Assembly (NCBI GenBank): GCA_051252135.1
Contig: JBPOGH010000006.1
Span: 160,001 to 224,000, forward strand
Length of the DNA stretch: 64,000 bases
Source of the DNA: Verrucomicrobiaceae bacterium
GTDB taxonomy: Bacteria; Verrucomicrobiota; Verrucomicrobiia; Verrucomicrobiales; Akkermansiaceae
Direction: 5' to 3'
Below are positions 46,543-56,239 of the stretch, piece after piece. Below the pieces are notes generated by a model. It searched no databases. It had not been told where the DNA came from and was given only the letters and a program-made list of their open reading frames with translations. Position numbers and translations under genes: made by a program. Position 1 is the stretch's first letter. Each line of letters opens with the position of its first letter.

Positions 46543-47343
46543 ATGAAAAAACTAACGACGACCAGTTTGGCTATTCTCCTCGCGCCTGCAGTGCATGGAG
46601 CCATTTACTCGCTCTACACTGATGCTTCTTCGGAAGCCGGTTTCAACGAGCGCCACGAGACCGATGGAACGACCTTCATCGCTGATACCGTAGTGGGTTC
46701 CGGCGCGTTCGGGACGGGCGATGCCCTTCGGATCGCCGATCTCAGCGGGACAGATAAGCCGGAAGTTGTCTGGAATAGCAGTGTGTTCGGTGGGGCGGAT
46801 ATCACGAGCGCGTTTCGTCTTGATCTCGATGTGATGAACAATATTGCGCCAACGGGAGGTTCCGTTGACATCAACCTCCGATTTGCGGACTCGGGCGACA
46901 GTATTGGTAGCTCCGGCAACCAGTTGAATACCATCTCTTTTGAAGAAAGCTCTGCGATCAAGGTCAACGGTAGCACCAAGCACACCTTGTTGGGGCCGAC
47001 AGCGGTGTCGTTTCTCATCAATGTCGATATCTTGAACTCGCTTCAGTATACCTTCGGTGACCAGACGAATACCACCTTGCCTGCCGGCAGCATCGCCACC
47101 TTCATTGACGGGGTGTTGGTGAGCACCGATGCGAACAACAATGGCGCAGGATTTGATCCTTCGACCGGGGTGAACAAAATTGGTTTTACGGGTGAGTCCG
47201 ATGCGAAGTTGGGTGCTGATTTCCTCTTCGACAATATTGTTCTGTCCACTGGTTCCGACGCCGGCATTCTTGCGGTTCCCGAGCCTTCGTCTGCCGTCCT
47301 CCTTCTCGGTGCCCTTGGGCTTTTGGGACGTCGTCGTCGCTAA
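46543..47343 (+). CDS. PEP-CTERM sorting domain protein
   Basis: Signal peptide; C-terminal VPEPSS, hydrophobic stretch and RRRR. Confidence 0.93.
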   Translation: MKKLTTTSLAILLAPAVHGAIYSLYTDASSEAGFNERHETDGTTFIADTVVGSGAFGTGDALRIADLSGTDKPEVVWNSSVFGGADITSAFRLDLDVMNNIAPTGGSVDINLRFADSGDSIGSSGNQLNTISFEESSAIKVNGSTKHTLLGPTAVSFLINVDILNSLQYTFGDQTNTTLPAGSIATFIDGVLVSTDANNNGAGFDPSTGVNKIGFTGESDAKLGADFLFDNIVLSTGSDAGILAVPEPSSAVLLLGALGLLGRRRR

Positions 47344-47373
47344 TCGTCGATTTTGACGGAAGTTTCTTTTTTC

Positions 47374-47402
47374 AAGCCCTGCGGGAAACTGCAGGGCTTT
47401 TT
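47374..47402 (+). terminator. Rho-independent terminator
   Basis: AAGCCCTGCGG GAAA CTGCAGGGCTT followed by a T tract. Confidence 0.85.
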
Positions 47403-47439
47403 CGTGTCTGTATCGAACAGGATGCCGAGAAAAGCGGGC

Positions 47440-47478
47440 ACCCTCTTGAAGGGCCTTTTTAAAGCCCCTCAAGAGGGT
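47440..47478 (-). terminator. Hairpin abutting the tmRNA 3' end
   Basis: ACCCTCTTGA-AGGGC...GCCCC-TCAAGAGGGT inverted repeat. Confidence 0.55.
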
Positions 47479-47839
47479 GGTGGAGGCGAGGGGAGTCGAA
47501 CCCCTGTCCTAAATACCTTTTACAAAGGCGTCTACATGTTTAGCCGGGCGTTTGCTGCTTTAAGAACGATGAGCCTCACCCGGCCCGTTCATTGTTCCGA
47601 TCATCCTGTGGATTCTCACGATCTTGCCCGGATGTCCGACTCGATGCGCCAGCCTGTTAAGTAGTCGCCCCGCACCCTAACAGGCGTCAGGATTGGGACG
47701 TTGCTGTCAATTAAGCAGCAAGTGCGAGCTCGTTAGAGTCTGCAATTATTTGTTTTGAACGGCTTTTTTAAGAGGCCAACCGATCAACCTCTACATGCAG
47801 CCAGCGTATCCAATATTCAGTCGAAACCGGAACGCCCCC
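47478..47839 (-). ncRNA. ssrA: tmRNA (transfer-messenger RNA)
   Basis: 5' GGGGGCGTTCCGGTTTCGAC; 3' GGGGTTCGACTCCCCTCGCCTCCACCA; tag frame ADSNELALAA-stop at 47743-47711. Confidence 0.96.
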
Positions 47840-47916
47840 ACGTGTTACGGCTGTAAGATGTACCGGGGACGCGGTTTATTCAAATGGAATTCGGAGCGCT
47901 TTTTATGAGATGGCTT

Positions 47917-48642
47917 CTAGAATCCCAGCTCCTTGATTTTGGGTGCCATGGCGTCGGCCCACATGGCGTAGCCTTTTTCCCGTGGGTGGAGGCCGTCGGG
48001 CATGACTTCCTTGGTAAGGATTCCCTTATCATTGAGGAAGGTGGGGCTGAGGTCGAGGTAGTGGACGGTTTTTCCGTCGTCGAGTCTGGCGATGAGCTTG
48101 TTGATTCCGTCGTTAATGAGGCGGAGTTTGTCATCGGGCTTCTGGCCGCGCGGGAAGACGCCGAGGAGGAGGATTTTGGCCTTGGGGCAGCCTTCTTTGA
48201 CGAGGGAGACGATTTTGGTGATGCCCTCGGCGGTTTCAGCGGGATTCTGCTGGCTGTGGCCGGTGTTGTTGGTGCCGATCATAATGATGGCGAGTTTGGC
48301 GTTTTGCTGGTTCTTGAGGTTGCCATTTTGGAGGCGCCAGATGACGTGCCCGGTGCGGTCCCCGGAGATGCCCAGGTTGAGGGCATTTTTATCGGCGTAG
48401 TGTTTTTTCCAGGTGGATTTGCCTGCTCCTTCCCAGCCCTGGGTGATGGAGTCGCCGATGAAGAGGATGTCGTATTGGTTCGCGGCGGCATTTTTGTTCA
48501 TGCTCTCGTGGCGTTTCATCCACCCGGCGCCCCGAGGCTCGGGTTTGAGGGCCGAGTGAAGGGTTTCTTTTGCAGGGGCTGCAGTTTGTGCGGAGAGGAG
48601 GGAGAGGGACAGGAGGCCGGCGAGGAGGATGGGAATCTTCAT
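47917..48642 (-). CDS. SGNH/GDSL esterase (PAF-acetylhydrolase Ib-like), exported
   Basis: GDSIT, GISGDRT, GTNN and DGLHP motifs; signal peptide from ATG 48642. Confidence 0.9.
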   Translation of the reverse strand: MKIPILLAGLLSLSLLSAQTAAPAKETLHSALKPEPRGAGWMKRHESMNKNAAANQYDILFIGDSITQGWEGAGKSTWKKHYADKNALNLGISGDRTGHVIWRLQNGNLKNQQNAKLAIIMIGTNNTGHSQQNPAETAEGITKIVSLVKEGCPKAKILLLGVFPRGQKPDDKLRLINDGINKLIARLDDGKTVHYLDLSPTFLNDKGILTKEVMPDGLHPREKGYAMWADAMAPKIKELGF

Positions 48643-48687
48643 GAGCCGACTAAAGCGGGATGTAGAGGGGGCAACAAGGATGGACAC

Positions 48688-48716
48688 AAAAAACCCGAGG
48701 GAGTGCCTCGGGTTTT
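48688..48716 (-). terminator. Rho-independent terminator of secA (possibly bidirectional)
   Basis: AAAAAACCCGAGG-GAGTG-CCTCGGGTTTT. Confidence 0.8.
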
Positions 48717-48747
48717 GTTTTGATCCTTGGGGATGATTGTTTGGAGC

Positions 48748-51700
48748 TTACTCGGCCATGCGGCCGCAGCATTGCTTGAATTTTTTGCCGGATCCGCAAG
48801 GGCAGGGCTCGTTACGGCCTGCTTTGACGGAGGGGCGGCGCTTGGGGAGGTTCAGTTTGAGGGAACCTTCGTTGGGCGCTGCGGAGGTGGTGGCTCCGGA
48901 GGATCCGGAGACGGCCATGTTATCCTGGGTGACGCTATCTTCGGTGCCGCCTGAGGTCTGTTGCGGGCGGTTGCCGAGGACCGACTCCATGGGAGCGACG
49001 GTGGTGAAGCGGAAGAGGTTGCCAAGGGCGGCATCATCGATGCTGTCCATGAGGGTGACGAAGAGTTTGTAGGCTTCGTTTTTGTATTCCACGAGCGGGT
49101 CCTTCTGACCTTGGGCGCGGAGCTGGACGCCTTCGCGAAGGGAGTCCATGGCGTAGAGGTGTTCCTGCCATTTCTTGTCGATGGCCTGAAGAAGGATGTG
49201 GCGTTCGAGGGAGTCGAGGAAGCGCTGGTCTTCGGCGGCGACTTTTCTCTGGTAAGCCTCACGGATGAGTCCGAGGAGGTATTCGGAGTTTCCATCGAGG
49301 TCCCGTGTTTCGAATTGGGCCTGCTCAAGGGTGAGGTGAAGAGGGAAGGTCATGTTGACCCAGTGGAGCATTTCGATGAAATCAGGCGCTCCTTCGTCGC
49401 GTTCCTCGGTGTAGTGGGCGACGTGGGCGGGGACCATGCGGTCGACAAGCTCCATGAGGAGTTCGCGGGGGTCATCGGAGTTGAGGACCTCATTGCGGTA
49501 GCCGTAGACGACCTCGCGCTGCTTGTTCATGACGTCATCGAAATCGAGGACGTATTTCCGGCTGCGGTAGTGCATCTGCTCGACGCGCTTTTGAGCGGTC
49601 TCGACGGAGCGGTTGAGCCATTTGTGCTCGAGGGCTTCGCCATCCTCCATGCCGAAGCGTTCCATCATGTTGGTCATGCGGTCCGCGGCGGCGAAGTTGC
49701 GCATGAGGTCATCCTCGAAGGAGATGAAGAATTGGGACTCACCGGGGTCGCCCTGACGGGAGCAACGTCCGCGGAGCTGGCGGTCGATTCGGCGGGATTG
49801 GTAGCGCTCGGTGCCCACGACGAAGAGTCCGCCGGCTTCAGGGACGCCCTCGCCCAGTTTGATATCGGTTCCACGGCCTGCCATGTTGGTGGAGACGGTG
49901 ACGGCTCCGAGTTGGCCTGCGTTTTGGATGATTTCGGCTTCCTGACGGTGATATTTGGCGTTGAGGACCGAGTGGGGGACTTTGGCCCGCTTGAGCATGC
50001 GGGAAAGAGTCTCGGACGCTTCGACGGATGCGGTGCCGACGAGGACGGGTTGTCCTTTTTTGTGGCATTCCTCGATGCGGGAGACGACGGCGTTGAACTT
50101 TTCGCGACGGGTCTTGAAGACCTGGTCGTTGTGGTCGATCCGCTGGTTCTCCCTATGGGTTGGGATGGGGAGGACGTCGAGATTGTAGATGTCGTGGAAT
50201 TCCGCGGCTTCGGTTTCCGCGGTTCCGGTCATGCCTCCGAGCTTTTCGTAGAGGCGGAAGTAGTTTTGAATGGTGATGGTGGCGTAAGTCTGGGTCTCGC
50301 GCTCGACCTCGACGTGCTCCTTGGCTTCGACGGCCTGGTGGAGTCCGTCGGACCAACGGCGTCCGGCCATTTCACGACCGGTGTTTTCATCGACGATGAT
50401 GACCTTGCCGTCTTTCACGACGTATTCGACGTCTTTTTCGTAAAGACAGTAGGCTTTGAGGAGCTGGGAGATGGCGTGCACGCGGGTGCCCTGACCATCC
50501 ATGCGGGTCTGAACCTTTTCCTTTTCCTTTACGCGATCTTCATCCGAGAGGTCGAGGTTGGCATCGATATCGGCGAAGGCGGAGGCGAGGTCGGGGATGG
50601 TGAAGGCCTCGGGCTCGTCGGGAGAGAGGAAGGAGCGGCCGTTTTCCATGAGGTCGGCGTCGCGGCCCTTGTCATCGATGGTGAAGAAGAGCTCTTCCTT
50701 GAGGGCGTAGAGTTCTTTCTTTTGGGTGTCCTGGTAGAAAGAGAGTTCGGTTTTTTCGATGAGGCGACGGGTGTCGGGGTCCTCCATGAAGCGCAGGAAC
50801 TGGCGGTTGCGGGGTTGTCCGAGCTTGATTTTGAAGAGGGCGCGTCCGGCGACTTCTTCATCGCCTTCTTCGATGGCTTTTTTGGCCTCGGCGGCGAGGT
50901 CGTTGCAGAGGTGGTTCTGCTTTTTGACGAGCTGCTCGATGAGGGGGCGGTAGCGCTTGTATTCCTCGGTGTTGGAGATGACGGCGGGGCCGGAAATGAT
51001 GAGGGGGGTCCGGGCTTCGTCGATGAGGATGGAGTCGACCTCGTCCACGATGGCGAAGTAGTGGCCACGCTGGACCTGGTCGTTGCGCGAGTTGGCCATG
51101 CCGTTGTCGCGAAGGTAATCGAAGCCGAACTCGGCGTTGGTGCCGTAGGTGATGTCGCAAGCATATTGCTCGCGGCGGACCGGGGGAGGGAGTTGGTTCT
51201 GGATGGTTCCGACGGTGAGGCCGAGAAACTTGAAAACAGCGCCCATCCATTCGGAGTCTCGTCGGGCGAGGTAGTCGTTGACGGTGACGACGTGGACGCC
51301 GAGGCCGGTGAGGGCGTTGAGGAAGACGGGGAGGGTGGCGACCAGGGTTTTACCTTCACCGGTCATCATTTCGGAGATCATGCCGCGGTGGAGGGCGATG
51401 CCGCCAATGAGCTGGACGTCGAAGTGGACCATTTCCCAGGGGAGTTCCTGATCGCAGACGGGGATTTTGCTGCCGCAAAGCCGGCGGGCGGCGTTTTTTA
51501 CGGTGGCGTAGGCCTCGGGGAGGATTTGGTCGAGATACTTGTCGCGGAGAGCGGGGAAGTCGTCCTCGATCTCAGCAAAGGCGTGCTTGGCGGCGTCGAT
51601 GGATTCGAGGGAGCCGTCGACTTCAGGAAGAGAAGGGAAATCGGGGCGGAGGGCGTCGATGCGCAATTTTACGTCATTGGCGATGGTGGCGACGGTCTCG

Positions 51701-51918
51701 GCTTCCATTAATTCGAGCTGGCGCTTGGCCGGGACATCGAGGGGGAGGAAGCGGTGAAGGTAGGTCTGCCATTCGGTGACGCGGGCCCGGATTTGCTCTT
51801 CGCTTTCGCTCTGATAGGCCTCCTCCAGTTCGTTAATCCTGGCGACCACTGGCCGCATGCGCTTGATCTCACGTTGATTTTTCGATCCAACGATTTTTTG
51901 AAGAGTCCACTTAATCAT
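48748..51918 (-). CDS. secA: Preprotein translocase subunit SecA
   Basis: MMTGEGKT, VDEVDSILIDEARTPLIISG, TNMAGRGTDI, QLRGRCSRQGDPG and SEC-C motif GRNEPCPCGSGKKFKQCC. Confidence 0.98.
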   Translation of the reverse strand: MIKWTLQKIVGSKNQREIKRMRPVVARINELEEAYQSESEEQIRARVTEWQTYLHRFLPLDVPAKRQLELMEAETVATIANDVKLRIDALRPDFPSLPEVDGSLESIDAAKHAFAEIEDDFPALRDKYLDQILPEAYATVKNAARRLCGSKIPVCDQELPWEMVHFDVQLIGGIALHRGMISEMMTGEGKTLVATLPVFLNALTGLGVHVVTVNDYLARRDSEWMGAVFKFLGLTVGTIQNQLPPPVRREQYACDITYGTNAEFGFDYLRDNGMANSRNDQVQRGHYFAIVDEVDSILIDEARTPLIISGPAVISNTEEYKRYRPLIEQLVKKQNHLCNDLAAEAKKAIEEGDEEVAGRALFKIKLGQPRNRQFLRFMEDPDTRRLIEKTELSFYQDTQKKELYALKEELFFTIDDKGRDADLMENGRSFLSPDEPEAFTIPDLASAFADIDANLDLSDEDRVKEKEKVQTRMDGQGTRVHAISQLLKAYCLYEKDVEYVVKDGKVIIVDENTGREMAGRRWSDGLHQAVEAKEHVEVERETQTYATITIQNYFRLYEKLGGMTGTAETEAAEFHDIYNLDVLPIPTHRENQRIDHNDQVFKTRREKFNAVVSRIEECHKKGQPVLVGTASVEASETLSRMLKRAKVPHSVLNAKYHRQEAEIIQNAGQLGAVTVSTNMAGRGTDIKLGEGVPEAGGLFVVGTERYQSRRIDRQLRGRCSRQGDPGESQFFISFEDDLMRNFAAADRMTNMMERFGMEDGEALEHKWLNRSVETAQKRVEQMHYRSRKYVLDFDDVMNKQREVVYGYRNEVLNSDDPRELLMELVDRMVPAHVAHYTEERDEGAPDFIEMLHWVNMTFPLHLTLEQAQFETRDLDGNSEYLLGLIREAYQRKVAAEDQRFLDSLERHILLQAIDKKWQEHLYAMDSLREGVQLRAQGQKDPLVEYKNEAYKLFVTLMDSIDDAALGNLFRFTTVAPMESVLGNRPQQTSGGTEDSVTQDNMAVSGSSGATTSAAPNEGSLKLNLPKRRPSVKAGRNEPCPCGSGKKFKQCCGRMAE

Positions 51919-52072
51919 GAAAGTTGTCGGCGGGGCTTACCGCCAAGGGCGAAGCCATACACCGAGTCTTGCGGAGACGCAAGGGGGGCTTTTGTCTGAC
52001 AGGGAATGTTTTTGGGCATGAAAAATGCATTGCACGTGGTCCGCTGGGCGTTAGCGTCCCCGCATCTAGGGC

Positions 52073-53251
52073 ATGAATATTCACGAATATCAGGCGAAGG
52101 AGCTTTTTGACCGTTTTGAGGTCCCCAGTCCGCGGGGCCAAATGGCTGAGACAGCTGAAGAAGCAGAGAAGATTGCCCGGGAGATCGGGTCTGATCTCAT
52201 GGTTGTCAAAGCCCAGGTCCACGCAGGTGGTCGGGGGAAAGGCACCTTTAAAAATGGTTTCCAGGGCGGAGTGCATCTGACCAAGGATGCGGCCGAGATT
52301 GGCGAGATTGCCGGAAAGATGATCGGCGAGACTTTGGTCACCAAGCAGACGGGCGACGAGGGTCGTTTGGTTCGCAAGGTGATGGTGGCCGATGCGGTGG
52401 ATATCAAGCATGAGTATTATCTCTCGATGCTGATGGATCGCGACACGAGCCGCCCGGTCATTGTGGCGTCGGTTGAAGGTGGCATGGACATCGAGGAGGT
52501 GGCCGAAAATCGTCCCGAGAAGATCATCAAGCAGCTGATTCACCCGCTGGCGGGCTTGCAGCCCTACGAGGTGCGCAAGTTGACGGCGGCTCTGGGATTC
52601 CAAGGGCCTGCGGCGAAGGAGTTCGGCAAGTTGCTTAAGAATCTCTACAAGCTTTTCGTCTCACTTGATTGTGACATGGTGGAAATCAATCCGCTGGTTG
52701 AAACGAAGGACGGTCAGGTGCTGGCGCTTGATGCGAAGTTTGGCTTCGACGACAACGCGCTTTACCGTCATCCGGAGGTGCTTGCCTACCGAGACACGGA
52801 AGAGGAAGACCCCCGTGAGGTTGCGGCTTCCGAGTTTGACCTCAGTTACATCGGTCTCGATGGAAACATTGCCTGTTTGGTGAATGGAGCCGGACTGGCG
52901 ATGGCGACGATGGATGCGATCAAATTTGCCGGCGGTGATCCTGCCAACTTCCTAGATGTGGGAGGTGGCGCGACCAAGGAGCAGGTGATTGGTGCCTTTA
53001 ACATCATTCAGTCCGATCCGAAGGTGGAGGCGATCCTCATTAACATCTTTGGTGGAATCATGGACTGCGACATCATTGCCAATGGCGTGGTGGCAGCAGT
53101 TCAGGAGACCGGGCTTAAGCTTCCGCTGGTGGTTCGTCTTGAAGGAAACAACGTGGCAGCAGGCCGTGCGACTTTGAGTGCCTCCGGTCTCGCAATCACG
53201 GGTGCCGATGATCTGGCGGATGCCGCAGCAAAAGCAGTCGCTTCTGTCTAA
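52073..53251 (+). CDS. sucC: Succinyl-CoA ligase beta subunit
   Basis: [31 protein letters not shown] and [10 protein letters not shown] motifs. Confidence 0.97.
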   Translation: MNIHEYQAKELFDRFEVPSPRGQMAETAEEAEKIAREIGSDLMVVKAQVHAGGRGKGTFKNGFQGGVHLTKDAAEIGEIAGKMIGETLVTKQTGDEGRLVRKVMVADAVDIKHEYYLSMLMDRDTSRPVIVASVEGGMDIEEVAENRPEKIIKQLIHPLAGLQPYEVRKLTAALGFQGPAAKEFGKLLKNLYKLFVSLDCDMVEINPLVETKDGQVLALDAKFGFDDNALYRHPEVLAYRDTEEEDPREVAASEFDLSYIGLDGNIACLVNGAGLAMATMDAIKFAGGDPANFLDVGGGATKEQVIGAFNIIQSDPKVEAILINIFGGIMDCDIIANGVVAAVQETGLKLPLVVRLEGNNVAAGRATLSASGLAITGADDLADAAAKAVASV

Positions 53252-53270
53252 CCCCTAACACTTTTACAAA

Positions 53271-54176
53271 ATGTCTATCTTAGTTAACGCAGACACCAAA
53301 GTTCTGGTGCAAGGAATCACCGGTGGATTTGGCGGACGCCACGCCGGTCTTAGTCTCGATTACGGCACTGCGCTTGTTGCGGGTGTCACGCCTGGAAAAG
53401 GCGGTCAGCAATTTGAACACGGAGATCACAAGGTGCCGGTTTACGACACAGTCTCCGACGCGGTCAAAGAAACCGGAGCTACGACTTCGGCAATCTTTGT
53501 GCCTCCTCCCTTTGCGGCGGACGCCATTCTTGAGGCTGTCGATGCAGGAGTTGATCTGGTGGTGGCGATCACGGAGGGAATCCCTGTCATGGATATGATG
53601 CGGGTGAAGGAATACATGCGTGGGTCCAAGACCCGCCTGATCGGGCCAAACTGCCCGGGGGTGGTGACTCCCGGAACCGGTCCTGATTCAACCGGCGGTT
53701 GCCGAATTGGCATCGCTCCCGGCTACATTCATAAAAAGGGCAACGTGGGGATTCTTTCCCGCTCCGGAACTCTCACTTATGAAGCCGTCTGGCAGGTGAC
53801 CTCACTGGGTTACGGTCAGAGCACTTGTGTGGGAATTGGTGGAGATCCGATCAACGGAACGTCCCATCTTGATATCATCAAGCTCTTCAACGAGGACCCC
53901 GAGACCGAAGCGATCATCATGATCGGCGAGATCGGCGGATCAGCGGAAGAAGAGGCGGCGGCGTGGATCAAGGAGAACTGCAAGAAGCCGGTTGCCGGAT
54001 TCATCGCAGGAGCCACGGCGCCTCCGGGACGTCGCATGGGTCACGCGGGAGCGATTGTTTCCGGTGGTCAAGGCACGGCCGAGGCCAAGAAAGCGGCGAT
54101 GGCGGATGCCGGGATCGTGGTGGCCGAGACTCCATCCGGAATGGGCAAGGCGCTTCTTGAGGCGTGGGGAAAGTAA
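53271..54176 (+). CDS. sucD: Succinyl-CoA ligase alpha subunit
   Basis: [21 protein letters not shown] and RMGHAGAI motifs. Confidence 0.97.
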   Translation: MSILVNADTKVLVQGITGGFGGRHAGLSLDYGTALVAGVTPGKGGQQFEHGDHKVPVYDTVSDAVKETGATTSAIFVPPPFAADAILEAVDAGVDLVVAITEGIPVMDMMRVKEYMRGSKTRLIGPNCPGVVTPGTGPDSTGGCRIGIAPGYIHKKGNVGILSRSGTLTYEAVWQVTSLGYGQSTCVGIGGDPINGTSHLDIIKLFNEDPETEAIIMIGEIGGSAEEEAAAWIKENCKKPVAGFIAGATAPPGRRMGHAGAIVSGGQGTAEAKKAAMADAGIVVAETPSGMGKALLEAWGK

Positions 54177-54199
54177 GCTGACCCCGATCTTTCATTCAG

Positions 54200-54230
54200 A
54201 AGCGACTCCGTTGACGGGGTCGCTTTTTTT
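54200..54230 (+). terminator. Rho-independent terminator of sucCD
   Basis: AAGCGACTCCGT TG ACGGGGTCGCTT followed by a T tract. Confidence 0.85.
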
Positions 54231-54279
54231 GTGGGGGCTTACCAAGGGGGAGAATGGCCTAGGGGCCTTGGGCCTGGTG

Positions 54280-54379
54280 GGAGAGGTGGACTTCTGAATC
54301 CGCCGACCAAAAAAGGATTGGTAAGCTGCCTATTAATCGAGCTCGAATCTGCCGGACGGCTCGGAGAGCCATCCCTGCC
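54280..54379. repeat. Two degenerate REP-like palindromes
   Basis: GGTGGA-CTTCTGAA-TCCGCC and GGACGGCTC-GGA-GAGCCATCC-CTGCC between convergent genes. Confidence 0.35.
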
Positions 54380-54388
54380 TTGTGGCGG

Positions 54389-54640
54389 CTACCAAAGGGA
54401 CGATTGGTCGTCGAGGAGCTTGGTTTTTTTGGCGGGGGCGCTGATTTGGTCGAGATCGAGGATGAGTTCGAGGGAGGCTCGTTCTTCTTCGTCGAGGATG
54501 GCGCGGAGATGTTCGCTCCAGATTTCGGGTGCTCCTCCCTGATTTTGAGAGAGGATGAGGGACCACTGGCTCACGGTGCCGCTGGGAGCGGCGCGCTTCT
54601 TGAGCTTGGAGAGCCAGATGTCGTAGAGACTTTGTTTCAC
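54389..54640 (-). CDS. Small hypothetical protein (83 aa)
   Basis: GTGA overlap with the ispF stop; helical, possibly HTH-like. Confidence 0.6.
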   Translation of the reverse strand: MKQSLYDIWLSKLKKRAAPSGTVSQWSLILSQNQGGAPEIWSEHLRAILDEEERASLELILDLDQISAPAKKTKLLDDQSSLW

Positions 54641-55137
54641 GATGTTGATTGGAGGACGAGGTCCCTGGAGTAGATTAACGAGGAAGCGAGAGCAGCAATG
54701 CCCTCACCACGGCCGACGAAGCCCATGGTCTCGTTTGTCGTGGCTTTGATGCCGATTTGACCCGGGGTGATGCGGAGTGCTTGGGCCATGTTTTGCTTCA
54801 TGGCGTCAGCGTGGGGCAGGACTTTTGGGGCTTCGGCGATGAGTGAGGAATCGATGTTTCCGATGGTGTATCCGAGCTCGTCACACAGGTCGGCGCACTT
54901 TACTAGGATTTTCAAGGAGGAGATATCCTTGCAGGAAGGATCGCCGGGGGGGAAGTAGTGGCCGATATCGGGAAGTCCGAGGGCTCCGAGGATGGCATCG
55001 GCGATGGCGTGGCAGAGGACGTCGGCATCCGAATGGCCGAGGAGGCCATGGGTGTGCGGGATTTCCACGCCTCCGAGGATGCAGGGGCGGTCTTCGGCGA
55101 ATTGGTGGACATCGTATCCGATTCCGGTGCGGATCAT
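54637..55137 (-). CDS. ispF: 2-C-methyl-D-erythritol 2,4-cyclodiphosphate synthase
   Basis: RTGIGYDVH, GHSDADVLCHA, DIGHYFP and KATTNE motifs; start at ATG 55137. Confidence 0.96.
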   Translation of the reverse strand: MIRTGIGYDVHQFAEDRPCILGGVEIPHTHGLLGHSDADVLCHAIADAILGALGLPDIGHYFPPGDPSCKDISSLKILVKCADLCDELGYTIGNIDSSLIAEAPKVLPHADAMKQNMAQALRITPGQIGIKATTNETMGFVGRGEGIAALASSLIYSRDLVLQSTS

Positions 55138-55883
55138 AGGATTTCTTCGATGGGGATTTTTCCGTTGGAAGCGACGATGGAGTAGACATCGGGCTTTTCG
55201 GGATGAGGCGTGAGGGTCACTTTTCCGCCGGTGGCTTCGATCATGAGGACGCCGGCAGCGATGTCCCAGAGCGAGATGCGGGCTTCGACGTAGGCATCGA
55301 GCCGCCCACACGCGATGTAGGCCATGCCGAGGGCAGCGGAGCCCATCATGCGCATTTTGCGCGCGCGGAGGGAGCCTTTGCGGAAGCGTTCGAGGCCGGT
55401 TTTGAGGGCTTCCTCGTCTTTGCCACAACCGACGAAGAGGATGGATTCTTCGAGGGTTTCACGTTGGCTGACGGCGACGGGCTGGCCGTTGAGGAGAGGT
55501 TGGCCTCCTTTTTCGATGGTCCAAAGTTCGTCGACCATGGGGTCATAGATGACGCCGAGGACGAGGTCCTCGTTGACGCGCTTGGCGATGGAGATGCAGA
55601 AGTGGGGGATGCTGTAGAAGAAGTTTACGGTGCCATCGATGGGATCGACGATCCACTGGTGGGGGGAGGATTGGTCACCGGCGAGGCCTTCTTCGCCGTA
55701 GATGGCATGGCCGGGATTCTCTTTGAGAATGATGTCGGTGATGAGATCCTGGGACTCTTTGTCGAGGGCGAGCTTGAGGTCGTGGGCGAGGGCCTCATCG
55801 ACATCCTTATCTTGATGGAAGTTGGCGCGGAGGAGCTTTCCGGCTTCCTTGGCGGCGTGGACTGCGGTTTCGAGTTCGGTCAC
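55134..55883 (-). CDS. suhB: Inositol monophosphatase family protein (SuhB-like)
   Basis: GEE, WIVDPIDGTVNF, GSAAL and WDIAAG motifs. Confidence 0.9.
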   Translation of the reverse strand: MTELETAVHAAKEAGKLLRANFHQDKDVDEALAHDLKLALDKESQDLITDIILKENPGHAIYGEEGLAGDQSSPHQWIVDPIDGTVNFFYSIPHFCISIAKRVNEDLVLGVIYDPMVDELWTIEKGGQPLLNGQPVAVSQRETLEESILFVGCGKDEEALKTGLERFRKGSLRARKMRMMGSAALGMAYIACGRLDAYVEARISLWDIAAGVLMIEATGGKVTLTPHPEKPDVYSIVASNGKIPIEEIL

Positions 55884-55889
55884 GGGGAG

Positions 55890-55917
55890 AGAATGGCGGA
55901 GGTAGGGCAGGATTCAA
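55890..55917 (-). promoter_or_regulatory. Putative sigma70 promoter for suhB-ispF, leaderless geometry
   Basis: TTGAAT-16-CATTCT-6-GTG (55883). Confidence 0.5.
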
Positions 55918-55954
55918 CGTTTGATTGAGAAAGGAGTGAGATGAGGGAGGTGTG

Positions 55955-55987
55955 CAAAATTGACAAAATGTTCAATTTTGATAATAT
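55955..55987 (+). promoter_or_regulatory. TA operon promoter with a perfect inverted-repeat operator
   Basis: CAAAATTGA-N8-TCAATTTTG (55955-55980) overlapping TTGACA-16-TAATAT-6-ATG. Confidence 0.75.
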
Positions 55988-55993
55988 TGAGGT

Positions 55994-56239
55994 ATGAGCC
56001 GACTGAGTATTGAAATTGAACCTGAGCAGCATCGCCAGATTAAGACGCTTGCGACCTTTGCGGGGATGTCGATTAAGGATTTTATTTTGAGCAAAACCTT
56101 AAGTCCGCGGGATGCGACGGACCAGTTGTTGTCTGCGCCAGAGAATGCGAAGCGCTTGCGGGAGGCGGTTGCCGAGCCCCAGAAAGAGAATCTGGTCTTT
56201 GAAACCGTTGATGATTTGAAGGATGCGCTTGGAATTTAA
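55994..56239 (+). CDS. Antitoxin with RHH-like N-terminus and YefM-like C-terminus
   Basis: MSRLSIEI...HRQIKTLATFAGMSIKDFIL; TDQLLSAPENAKRLREAV resembles YefM; overlaps the toxin gene. Confidence 0.8.
   Translation: MSRLSIEIEPEQHRQIKTLATFAGMSIKDFILSKTLSPRDATDQLLSAPENAKRLREAVAEPQKENLVFETVDDLKDALGI

Larger units (their letters stand above)
27000..47470. other. Alginate/polyuronide utilisation island abutting the tmRNA 3' end
   Basis: Contiguous cluster of lyases, transporter and catabolic enzymes; visibly less G-skewed and more AT-rich than the flanks; no integrase seen. Confidence 0.8.

Noticed and set aside
47353..47664. 103-aa ORF downstream of the PEP-CTERM gene
   Set aside because: Overlaps the terminator and the tmRNA antisense strand; no protein features
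47917..48642. SGNH esterase as an alginate deacetylase belonging to the island
   Set aside because: Lies on the other side of ssrA with core-like composition; no substrate evidence
48961..51711. 916-aa plus-strand ORF opposite secA, and similar long antisense ORFs (6825..8069, 8971..10449, 18165..19427, 22049..23119)
   Set aside because: Shadow frames of well-supported minus-strand genes; strong codon and strand bias suppresses stop codons; no motifs
48748..51918. Extra-long SecA with insertions as a novelty
   Set aside because: All core motifs are intact, and extended SecA proteins are common in PVC and Bacteroidetes lineages
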